A stretch of 16,740 bases of DNA from IMG/VR virus record IMGVR_UViG_3300045988_050264, positions 1 to 16,740 of that record. The stretch is one strand, 5' to 3'. The notes under the pieces were generated by a model. The model saw only the letters and a program-made list of their open reading frames with translations. It searched no databases and had not been told where the DNA came from. Below are positions 4,397 through 11,696 of the stretch, piece by piece. The DNA comes from a virus. The position numbers and the translations under genes are program-made. The stretch's first letter is position 1. The number at the start of each line of letters is the position of its first letter.

Positions 4397-6364
4397 ATGG
4401 CAACACGCAAGAATCGCGTGTTTGTCGGAGACTTTGAAACAACCGTGTACAAGGGCCAGGACCACACCGAAGTGTGGGCGGCGGCCTGTGTAGAGCTGTT
4501 CACAGAGGACGTTTCACTGTTCCATTCTATCGGCGAAATGTGGGACTTTCTCAAGGGACTGCGTGAGAACGTCATATGTTACTTTCACAATCTCAAGTTT
4601 GACGGTTCATTCTGGCTGTCCTATTTCTTGATAAATCTTGGCTACAAGCAAGCGTTTGAACAGTTCGGTGAAAACGACTTTGTGCGCATGAAGAACAAAG
4701 AAATGCCAAATAACAGTGTTAGTTACAGCATTTCAGGCATGGGCCAGTGGTATGACATAACCGTCAAGGTGAATGGGCATATTATCGAATTTAGGGACAG
4801 CTTGAAGCTACTGCCGTTTAGCGTTAAGGCAATCGGAAAGAGCTTTGAGACTAAGCACAAGAAGCTGGACATGGAATACACCGGCCTACGGTACGCAGGT
4901 TGTCCAATAACCCCTGAAGAACAGGAGTACATTAAGAATGACGTTCTTGTTGTAAAGGAAGCGCTGGAAATAATGTTCACTGAGGGGCACAAGAAACTTA
5001 CCATTGGAAGCTGTTGTTTGGCAGAATACAAGAAGTCCATAGGGAAAAAAGCCTACGCCGCAATGTTCCCGGACCTCTACCAAATGCCATTGGACAAATC
5101 ATTCGGTTCGGACAACGCAGGGCAATATGTTAATCGTTCGTACCGTGGCGGCTGGTGCTATTTAGCCCGTGGCAAGGAACAGAAGTTGTTCCACAATGGT
5201 GTAACAGCAGACGTTAACTCCCTGTACCCCTCCATGATGTCAAGCGAGTCCCTTAACAAATATCCAATTGGAGAACCTCACTTTTGGTCAGGCGACTTCA
5301 TACCAGACGAAGCAAAACGCGCAACGTCATACTACTTTGTGCGGTTCAAGACACGGTTCTACATTCGTCCCGGCAAACTGCCGTTCATACAGCTAAAGAA
5401 CAGCATGAGTTATCGCGCAAATGAGATGCTTGAAACCAGTGACCATTACAACAAGGAGGACGGAAAGTATTATCCAGTGTATTATGACCTTGATGGTAAC
5501 CTAAAACCAGCAATAGTAGAACTCACAATGACCATGACAGACTTTACACTTTTCAAAGAGCATTATGAGCTTGTTGATTTCCGCATTTTAGACGGATGCT
5601 GGTTCGACTCCGCTGTAGGAATCTTTGACCAGTACATTGATAAATACAAGAAAATCAAGATGGAGTCTAAGGGTGCAAAACGTCAGCTTGCCAAACTGTT
5701 CCTTAATAACCTGTACGGCAAGATGGCTTCATCACCAAACAGCGACTTCAAGATTGCATTCACCAAGGAGGACAAGACAATCGGCTTCCGCACCATTCGC
5801 GCAAACGACAAAACCCCAGGCTACATACCAGTGGGCAGTGCAATAACCAGCTACGCCAGAAACTTCACCATCCGAGCCGCACAAGCAAACTACTACGGCC
5901 CAGACAAACCAGGGTTTATCTATGCCGACACCGACTCAATCCATTGCGACCTTGCACCTGACCAGCTAAAAGGCATTAAGGTACACAATAAGAACTTCTG
6001 TTTTTGGGACCTTGAAAGCACCTGGGACGAAGGCTGGTTTGTACGCCAAAAGACCTACATCGAGCACGTCATAGCAGAAGAACTGGAACCTGTAGACACG
6101 CCATACTACAACGTCAAGTGTGCGGGTATGCCGAAGCAGTGCAAGGACCTATTTCTCATGGCGGTAAACGGTTTCACAGACGAAGAAGCGGCTGAACACA
6201 CAGAGATGGAACAGGCATTCTTGTACACAGACAAAGAGCGCACACAGCACCGTTCACTGACAGTTCAAGACTTCACCGTCGGCCTTGCGATTCCAGGCAA
6301 GCTACTCCCGAAGCGTATACCAGGCGGGGTTCTTCTTGTTGACAGCGTTTATGAAATGAGGTAA
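4397..6364 (+). CDS. Protein-primed family-B DNA polymerase (655 aa)
   Basis: Exo I GDFETT, Exo II HNLKFDGSF, Exo III YIKNDVLVV. Motif A DVNSLYPS, motif B KLFLNNLYGK, motif C YADTDSIH (5921-5938), KxY motif RQKTYIE. Confidence 0.95.
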   Translation: MATRKNRVFVGDFETTVYKGQDHTEVWAAACVELFTEDVSLFHSIGEMWDFLKGLRENVICYFHNLKFDGSFWLSYFLINLGYKQAFEQFGENDFVRMKNKEMPNNSVSYSISGMGQWYDITVKVNGHIIEFRDSLKLLPFSVKAIGKSFETKHKKLDMEYTGLRYAGCPITPEEQEYIKNDVLVVKEALEIMFTEGHKKLTIGSCCLAEYKKSIGKKAYAAMFPDLYQMPLDKSFGSDNAGQYVNRSYRGGWCYLARGKEQKLFHNGVTADVNSLYPSMMSSESLNKYPIGEPHFWSGDFIPDEAKRATSYYFVRFKTRFYIRPGKLPFIQLKNSMSYRANEMLETSDHYNKEDGKYYPVYYDLDGNLKPAIVELTMTMTDFTLFKEHYELVDFRILDGCWFDSAVGIFDQYIDKYKKIKMESKGAKRQLAKLFLNNLYGKMASSPNSDFKIAFTKEDKTIGFRTIRANDKTPGYIPVGSAITSYARNFTIRAAQANYYGPDKPGFIYADTDSIHCDLAPDQLKGIKVHNKNFCFWDLESTWDEGWFVRQKTYIEHVIAEELEPVDTPYYNVKCAGMPKQCKDLFLMAVNGFTDEEAAEHTEMEQAFLYTDKERTQHRSLTVQDFTVGLAIPGKLLPKRIPGGVLLVDSVYEMR

Positions 6365-6368
6365 TCAC

Positions 6369-6656
6369 ATGGAGCATTACAAGAAATACACGGTTATCGT
6401 GAACAAGCTGAAAGAGTTTGGAGATAGCCAAATTGTTATAATAAACCACGCAACTGGCAAGCCAACTATCTGGCAGAGAATTATCACCAAGGACAGAGAT
6501 AGCGTTCCTACTCTTTCTCCGTCACTACGAAACACCCTATGGCAGTTGTGCCTTAACGAAAAGGAATGTAACATAATACTTTGCGAAGATGGCGAAGTGG
6601 TAATCTGTGACCCTATCGCCGAAATCCGCAAGTATCGCTATCCCTCAAGCAGATAA
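6369..6656 (+). CDS. Hypothetical protein (95 aa), last gene of the replication operon
   Basis: ORF starting 4 nt after the DNAP stop, with a weak SD (GAGG). Followed by a strong terminator. Confidence 0.65.
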   Translation: MEHYKKYTVIVNKLKEFGDSQIVIINHATGKPTIWQRIITKDRDSVPTLSPSLRNTLWQLCLNEKECNIILCEDGEVVICDPIAEIRKYRYPSSR

Positions 6657-6671
6657 AGGCGGAACTAAGCT

Positions 6672-6705
6672 AAACACCCCTATGGAAAACCATAGGGGTG
6701 TTTTC
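6672..6705. terminator. Bidirectional intrinsic terminator between convergent operons
   Basis: AAACACCCCTATGG-AAAA-CCATAGGGGTGTTT perfect 14-bp stem, with a T-run on the + strand and TTTAGC on the - strand. Lies between the + operon end (6656) and the - strand ATPase end (6820). Confidence 0.85.
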
Positions 6706-6819
6706 ATATCTGTAACCCTTGCACCAACAAAGCGGCAACCTATCCGATAAACAGTCCCGGCGACATATTCCAGCCGTGGTTATCCGGGGAGTTCAGTGTT
6801 GGACACAATGGCAGATACC

Positions 6820-7872
6820 TTAATATGACAGCGCCTTTAACACAGCTTCCTTGCAACGCAGGTCTTTGAACCGGAAACATCCACGCTCAAAATACCAGCG
6901 CATATTTGTGAGAAACAGGTCATTCCTTTTAAGCATCACATAGTTTAATCCGTGGTCCTCTGTTGTTACTGTGATTTTACCCTTGAACGTGCTGTCAGGG
7001 CGATTGTCGCAATAGATAATGCCAAGTTCAGGAAACTCGCGCAATGCGTACTCTGTTCCGTTATACCGAAGTGTTGCAAGATAACGTCCTCTACCAGTTG
7101 GCTGGTCAATGAATGCCTTGCTATCATTCAAGTACACACATTGCGCACTGTATGCAACATAGCTGTTACGCGAAAATGCGCGATTAAAGCCGCTTTGTTT
7201 TTGCGCTTCACTTGCAGACTCGACAAAGCCCTGTTCAAGGACAAATCCGTCACCACGTAGGAACCTGGTATCATCGTTCAGGCGTTCGCTGATTCCCATC
7301 TCCACATAGTACGGATTGATGATGGATACTGGGTTAGCGCACATATACACCGGAACATAACGAATTTGTTCTCCGTTACCACGTGCAATAGACGTATGAA
7401 TCGACAGGAACTTCCTAATTTCGTCGTTGCAATAGTGGTTTGTCTCACTCTGAAACTCGTCAAAGAACATCCGCTTCACGTCGCTGAATAGGTGGCTGTA
7501 TTTTTTCAGCTGGTCAGCGCTGTTGAGAGATACGGCATATCCGCAACACTCATCATCCCAGAAAAGTTCGTGGAAGATACCACTTGCGCGGCGTTTGCTG
7601 GTGAACGTAACGCCGTCAAAGAACAACCTGCCAATGTCCTTAAAGAACTTGTCGGCACAATCGTCCAGTTCATAATTGTAACGATAAACCAGGCAGAATT
7701 TTTCGCGTTTCTTTTTCCACCCATTAGCGCATAGTCTACCAAAGAAAGTGGTTTTACCGCCGGTTCTGTTGGTGGTACACATATAAATCTCAGGACGGTT
7801 TCCGTTGATATCCATAAGAGACAACAGTTTTGCACCGTCATAATACTTTCCCACACTTTCACCTACTTTCAA
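6820..7872 (-). CDS. DNA encapsidation (packaging) ATPase, phi29 gp16-like (350 aa)
   Basis: Walker A TNRTGGKTT, Walker B RMFFDEF, and an ANPVSIINPYY motif as in recalled gp16 (SNAVSVVNPYF). The start is uncertain. One option is TTG at 7872, only 4 nt after AGGAG. The other is an in-frame GTG at 7854, 5 nt after AGGTG. Confidence 0.9.
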   Translation of the reverse strand: MKVGESVGKYYDGAKLLSLMDINGNRPEIYMCTTNRTGGKTTFFGRLCANGWKKKREKFCLVYRYNYELDDCADKFFKDIGRLFFDGVTFTSKRRASGIFHELFWDDECCGYAVSLNSADQLKKYSHLFSDVKRMFFDEFQSETNHYCNDEIRKFLSIHTSIARGNGEQIRYVPVYMCANPVSIINPYYVEMGISERLNDDTRFLRGDGFVLEQGFVESASEAQKQSGFNRAFSRNSYVAYSAQCVYLNDSKAFIDQPTGRGRYLATLRYNGTEYALREFPELGIIYCDNRPDSTFKGKITVTTEDHGLNYVMLKRNDLFLTNMRWYFERGCFRFKDLRCKEAVLKALSY

Positions 7873-7886
7873 AGTTCTCCTATTAG

Positions 7887-7915
7887 ATTATACCATAGCC
7901 CTTGACAAATGTCAA
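7887..7915 (-). promoter_or_regulatory. Promoter P4 for the packaging ATPase (extended -10)
   Basis: Minus strand reads TTGACA (7915-7910), 17-nt spacer ending TGG, TATAAT (7892-7887). The predicted start near 7880 would put the AGGAG at the very 5' end of the mRNA. Confidence 0.7.
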
Positions 7916-7930
7916 GCCATATGCTATAAT
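7902..7930 (+). promoter_or_regulatory. Promoter P3 for the lysis + morphogenesis operon (extended -10)
   Basis: TTGACA (7902-7907), 17-nt spacer ending TGC, TATAAT (7925-7930). Confidence 0.85.
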
Positions 7931-7976
7931 CATCATAGGGAATCTTTTCTCACTATTCTTGTAAAGGAGGAGCACA

Positions 7977-8168
7977 ATGGACACCAACGCAATTACCACT
8001 CTTATCACCAGTGTGGGCTTCCCCATTGTCGTGTGCCTGATTTGTTTCTGGTACATCAAGACCATGACGGAAACGCACAAAGATGAAGTCAGACAGCTGA
8101 CCGAAGCAATCCAGAACAACACCCTGGTTATGCAACAGCTGGTTGACAAAATGGGAGGTGTAGAGTAA
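7977..8168 (+). CDS. BhlA/UviB-like holin (63 aa)
   Basis: SD AAAGGAGGAG. One N-terminal TM segment (ITTLITSVGFPIVVCLICFWYI) followed by a charged helical tail (KTMTETHKDEVRQL). This resembles the BhlA family as I recall it. Lies directly upstream of the lysin genes. Confidence 0.75.
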   Translation: MDTNAITTLITSVGFPIVVCLICFWYIKTMTETHKDEVRQLTEAIQNNTLVMQQLVDKMGGVE

Positions 8169-8836
8169 TGGCTACTCCCCGCATTTTCGTTTCCCCTTCA
8201 GACCAGTTTAACAACATCTATGCCTATGGCAACACTACTGAAGGCGACCAGTGCAAGAAGATTGCAAGCGCCCTTGTCTCGGCTCTGCTTCGCAACAAGT
8301 TTGAAGTCAAAATGATGCAGGGGCCGGACATGGCAAGTGTTGTAAACGCTTCCAACAACTGGTCCGCAGACCTCCACGTCTGTGTTCACACTAACGCATA
8401 CAACGGAACTGTTGCTGGAACCAGAGTATACGCATATGACAAGATCAAGCCTGGCTACAAGGCCGCGCTCAAAGTCTTTAACAGGCTGGCCCCGATTACG
8501 CCCGGCACCAGCGAGTCCGTACAGATCAACAAGACCTGGTATGAGATGGTAAACACCTGGGCGCCCTGTGTGTACTGCGAATGTGAGTTCCACGACAACC
8601 CCACCAGCGCAAAGTGGATTGTGGAGCACACTAACGATATCGGCGAAGCCATTGCCGCCGGTATTTGCGACTACTTTGGCGTGAAGTACGTTGAACCTAT
8701 CAAACCCGTTGCGCCTGATAAAGATGACACCCTGTATCGCGTACAGGTTGGCGCTTTTAAGGTGCGCGAGAACGCAGAGCGTTACCGTGACAAACTCCGC
8801 GACATGGGTATCTCCGCCTTTATTGTGAAGGTGTAA
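8168..8836 (+). CDS. N-acetylmuramoyl-L-alanine amidase endolysin with C-terminal SPOR domain (222 aa)
   Basis: TAATG overlap with the holin gene. Amidase_3-like ADLHVCVHTNAYNG and CECEFHDN. The C-terminal YRVQVGAFKVRENAERYRDKLRDMGISAFIVKV is a typical SPOR repeat. Confidence 0.85.
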   Translation: MATPRIFVSPSDQFNNIYAYGNTTEGDQCKKIASALVSALLRNKFEVKMMQGPDMASVVNASNNWSADLHVCVHTNAYNGTVAGTRVYAYDKIKPGYKAALKVFNRLAPITPGTSESVQINKTWYEMVNTWAPCVYCECEFHDNPTSAKWIVEHTNDIGEAIAAGICDYFGVKYVEPIKPVAPDKDDTLYRVQVGAFKVRENAERYRDKLRDMGISAFIVKV

Positions 8837-8841
8837 CACCC

Positions 8842-9387
8842 ATGTACACGCCAAGACTCACCAAAGAGGGGATGCTGGGCAGTAAATACTGGTACAGCAA
8901 CACGAATCCATTCTACGCTTCCAATTGGGGCCTACCGAACTGCACATGCTATGCCTGGGGCCGATTCTGGGAAACATATGGCGTGGTTCCGCACCTCCCG
9001 ACTGGTGATGGCGGCGAATGGTGGGGAGCCGTGTCTGGTTATGACACTGGCGCGGTTCCCCAGCCTGGCGCGGTTTTGTGCCTGGAACAACCGGGACATG
9101 CTGGTCACGTCTGTATAGTTGAGTACATTGACGACGAAGGTAACGCGATATGTAGCAACAGCGGTTATAGCCGTAACCCAGGCGGTTATGATGACCCCGA
9201 CTATTTCTGGGTTTCAACACAGTTGAAATCATTGGGTTACTTGACACAGAGTCAGGTAAACAATGGTTACAGATTCCAGGGTTTTATCTACAACCCCGAT
9301 TATGATGGAGACGAGCCAGGTCCCGGGCCAGGCCCATCCCCCGGGGCAAAAAAGAAGCGCCGCTGGAAATTTTATCTGTACGGATAA
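8842..9387 (+). CDS. CHAP-domain peptidoglycan hydrolase (181 aa)
   Basis: Catalytic Cys context NCTCYAWGRFWE and His context GHAGHVCIVEYID. C-terminal EPGPGPGPSPG linker followed by AKKKRRWKFYLYG. Could be a second endolysin or the virion-associated lysin (phi29 gp13 role). Confidence 0.85.
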   Translation: MYTPRLTKEGMLGSKYWYSNTNPFYASNWGLPNCTCYAWGRFWETYGVVPHLPTGDGGEWWGAVSGYDTGAVPQPGAVLCLEQPGHAGHVCIVEYIDDEGNAICSNSGYSRNPGGYDDPDYFWVSTQLKSLGYLTQSQVNNGYRFQGFIYNPDYDGDEPGPGPGPSPGAKKKRRWKFYLYG

Positions 9388-9397
9388 GGAGGACAAC

Positions 9398-9697
9398 ATG
9401 GCTATCAAAACTAAAGACGAACTGATTCAGTCTCTGAACGCATTCTTGGGAGACAACGCTTCCGATGAAGCCCTTGCTCTCATGGAAGATGTGTCTGACA
9501 CTCTGGACGACAACGCCGCAAAGGGCGCTGTTGACTGGGAACAGAAGTATCGAGAAAATGATGCCGCCTGGCGCGCCAGGTATCGTGACCGTTTTATGAA
9601 CAACGCCGACAACAATGTCCAGCCGGATATTGACCCCATTATCAATCCGGCTCCCGCCGAACGTCCTACGTTCGAAAATCTTTTTAAGGAGGGTTAA
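9398..9697 (+). CDS. Putative scaffolding protein, phi29 gp7-like (99 aa)
   Basis: ATG at 9398 preceded by AAGGAGG. Track ORF 9263-9697 is trimmed. Small, acidic and predicted helical. Lies directly upstream of the major capsid gene. phi29 gp7 is ~98 aa. Confidence 0.7.
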   Translation: MAIKTKDELIQSLNAFLGDNASDEALALMEDVSDTLDDNAAKGAVDWEQKYRENDAAWRARYRDRFMNNADNNVQPDIDPIINPAPAERPTFENLFKEG

Positions 9698-9700
9698 ATC

Positions 9701-10795
9701 ATGCCCAGTAGAGTAGCAATTACCAACCTGAACGCGCGGTCTATTGATATCATCAATACTATCCGCGCTAACCTTGGCCAGGATTACCAGGACCAGGTCC
9801 CTGAAATCACCAACGAGAAGTGTATTCCCCAGGTGGGTGACATCCTGTATGGTTATCCCGTTTTGGCCAACCAGTTTCTGTCCGCCCTGGTTAACAGAAT
9901 CGCCGCCGTAAAGGTTAAGAGCGCCCTGTTTAACAACGCCTATGCCGAACTGAAAAAGGGCTATCTGGAGTTCGGCGAGACTGTCGAGGAAGTGTACATT
10001 AACATTTCCAAAGCGCGAGAGTTCTCCGCCGAAAAGGCCGCTGACCGTGAGTTCAAGCGTACCCTCCCCGATGTGCGCACCGCTTTCCACGCTATGAACT
10101 GGCGTGTACAGTATCCCATCACCATTCAACAGCAGGACCTGAAACAGGCGTTCATGACTGCCAATGGCGTGACCGACCTGATTGCCAGAATCATCTCTGC
10201 TGTTTCCACCGCCGCCGAGTACGATGAATATCTGCTGTTCAAGTATCTCATTATCAAGGGTGTGAACGCCAATGAGATGAAGACTGTAAACGTGGACACC
10301 AGCAACGGCCTGAACAGCGCCGCTGTCGCTTTCCGTGGGACTTCCAATATCCTGGAGTTTATGAAAACTGAATACAACGCCCAGGGGGTTCACACCACCA
10401 CCCCCAAGGATGACCAGTTCATTTTCATGGATGCTATGTTCAATGCCCAGTTCGATGTCAACGTGCTTGCCAGCGCGTTCAACATGGACAAGGCCAATTT
10501 CATGGGGCATCTCAAGCTCATTGACGACTTCACCACGTTTGACTCCGACCGGTTCAGTATTATCCAGGCTTCCAGCGACATGCTTCCCCCTGTTACCCAG
10601 GACGAGCTGGACAACATGAAGGGTGTACTGGCTGTGCTGTGCGACCGCGAGTGGTTCCAGGTGTACGACAACCTGACTGCTTTCACCGACGATTACGTCG
10701 CGGCTGGTATGTACAACAACTATTTCCTGAACGTCTGGAAAACCGTTTCCTCGTCTCCGTTTGCCAACGCTGTTGTGTTCAAGAAGGGGGCCTAA
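9701..10795 (+). CDS. Major capsid protein, phi29 gp8-like (364 aa)
   Basis: SD AAGGAGGG. Segments FLSALVNRIA, EEVYINISKA, AAEYDEY, DVNVLASAFNMDKANFMG, REWFQVYDNL and PFANAVVF match recalled phi29 gp8 (ITSLVDRIG, EEIYTDITKE, SAEVDEYEY, DVDVLAKAFNMNRTDFLG, KDWFMVYDNL, RFANAVAF). Confidence 0.92.
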   Translation: MPSRVAITNLNARSIDIINTIRANLGQDYQDQVPEITNEKCIPQVGDILYGYPVLANQFLSALVNRIAAVKVKSALFNNAYAELKKGYLEFGETVEEVYINISKAREFSAEKAADREFKRTLPDVRTAFHAMNWRVQYPITIQQQDLKQAFMTANGVTDLIARIISAVSTAAEYDEYLLFKYLIIKGVNANEMKTVNVDTSNGLNSAAVAFRGTSNILEFMKTEYNAQGVHTTTPKDDQFIFMDAMFNAQFDVNVLASAFNMDKANFMGHLKLIDDFTTFDSDRFSIIQASSDMLPPVTQDELDNMKGVLAVLCDREWFQVYDNLTAFTDDYVAAGMYNNYFLNVWKTVSSSPFANAVVFKKGA

Positions 10796-10798
10796 GTC

Positions 10799-11200
10799 AT
10801 GGGAAGCTATGGCGTAATTAAGGAAGCGCTGTTGGTAAAGAGCAACGGGTCTACTGGTGAATACACCGTAGTGCAGAAACTTGTACCGGCCACTGTGAAT
10901 GGTATTGTAATTAGCAGCAAAGGCGGAGATTTTGAGGATGCTGGTGGCGTGAAAGTCACTGTCCATAGCGTTTACCATGGTGGCGCGTTTGGGTTTTCGG
11001 AGGGGTCTGAAAACGCCAATATTCAGCTCTCGGTAAACATCCCAGGTTATGGCGTTAAACTGTTCCAAGGCACGACACGCATTGAGAACGTGAATGGAGT
11101 GGGCAATTGCGTTAAGTGTACTCCAGTAGTTTCAGACCCCTCTGCACATTACACGCATTTGTGCCTGGTCGTTGAGTCGCCCGGAAGTGTGTTTGCTTAA
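10799..11200 (+). CDS. Hypothetical beta-rich structural protein (133 aa); possible capsid decoration / Ig-like module
   Basis: Lies in the same reading frame as the MCP, separated only by TAA plus one codon. SD-like AAGAAGGGGG upstream. Composition rich in V/G/S/T. Confidence 0.7.
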   Translation: MGSYGVIKEALLVKSNGSTGEYTVVQKLVPATVNGIVISSKGGDFEDAGGVKVTVHSVYHGGAFGFSEGSENANIQLSVNIPGYGVKLFQGTTRIENVNGVGNCVKCTPVVSDPSAHYTHLCLVVESPGSVFA

Positions 11201-11223
11201 ACTGAACAAGGAGGTGTTAAAAC

Positions 11224-11649
11224 ATGGCAAGCATTACTGTTGAAATCGTCTCCAAGACAACCTCCGAAGCGGGCACCACGTTTGTCCTGGCGGCGTCAGA
11301 GGAAGAAATCAAAAGAGCAGGGTTTGTGCCGTACTTTATCGACCTTAGGTTCGAAGGAATTACACAACCCACGACAATCGGAGACCTTGCGGCGGTTACA
11401 CCGTACGGCTCTGTAGTTATGGCTCCGCAGGTCATAGAATTTGCTGTCGCCGTTCTGCCTTTTGTCCCGGCTCTTACCAACGGAGAGATTGACCAAGCGT
11501 GGGTTATGGCGCACTGCTGGACAGCTTATGAACTGGTGAAAACCAGTGATAAGCCGAATGGAACGTGCGAGCTAAACCTGCTGACTCCTGACAAGAACGT
11601 CGGAGATACAATTGTGTTCTACGACAGCAAACCAGTCGACCCGGCCTAA
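11224..11649 (+). CDS. Hypothetical structural protein (141 aa)
   Basis: SD AAGGAGGTG. Lies between the capsid and tail-knob genes. No family recognised. Confidence 0.75.
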   Translation: MASITVEIVSKTTSEAGTTFVLAASEEEIKRAGFVPYFIDLRFEGITQPTTIGDLAAVTPYGSVVMAPQVIEFAVAVLPFVPALTNGEIDQAWVMAHCWTAYELVKTSDKPNGTCELNLLTPDKNVGDTIVFYDSKPVDPA

Positions 11650-11653
11650 TCAT

Positions 11654-11675
11654 GAGGGGAGGGTTTCCTCCCCTC
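11654..11675 (+). promoter_or_regulatory. GC-rich hairpin between the capsid and tail modules (no U-tract)
   Basis: GAGGGGAGG-GTTT-CCTCCCCTC, a perfect 9-bp stem 5 nt after the stop at 11649. Followed by TCTCCTT-CT-AAGGAGA, which can pair with the SD of the next gene. Confidence 0.5.
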
Positions 11676-11696
11676 TCCTTCTAAGGAGATGAAAAC

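Noticed and set aside
6340-6368. TTGACA at the DNAP 3' end as an internal promoter for orf95
   Set aside because: The hexamer 17 nt downstream is TAATCA, which matches only 2 of 6 positions of TATAAT and has no TG extension. Other internal TTGACA hexamers (1081, 2868, 3339, 8140, 11967, 14325 regions) also lack a -10.
7883-8149. Minus-strand 88-aa ORF overlapping the promoter region and holin gene
   Set aside because: It is antisense to the SD-preceded holin gene and spans the P3/P4 promoter region. It has no SD.
9284-11068. 594-aa minus-strand ORF
   Set aside because: It is fully antisense to the scaffold and major capsid genes and to the start of the next ORF, which have clear phi29 gp8 similarity, SDs and operon context. 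Long antisense ORFs arise from codon bias. It has no SD or promoter.
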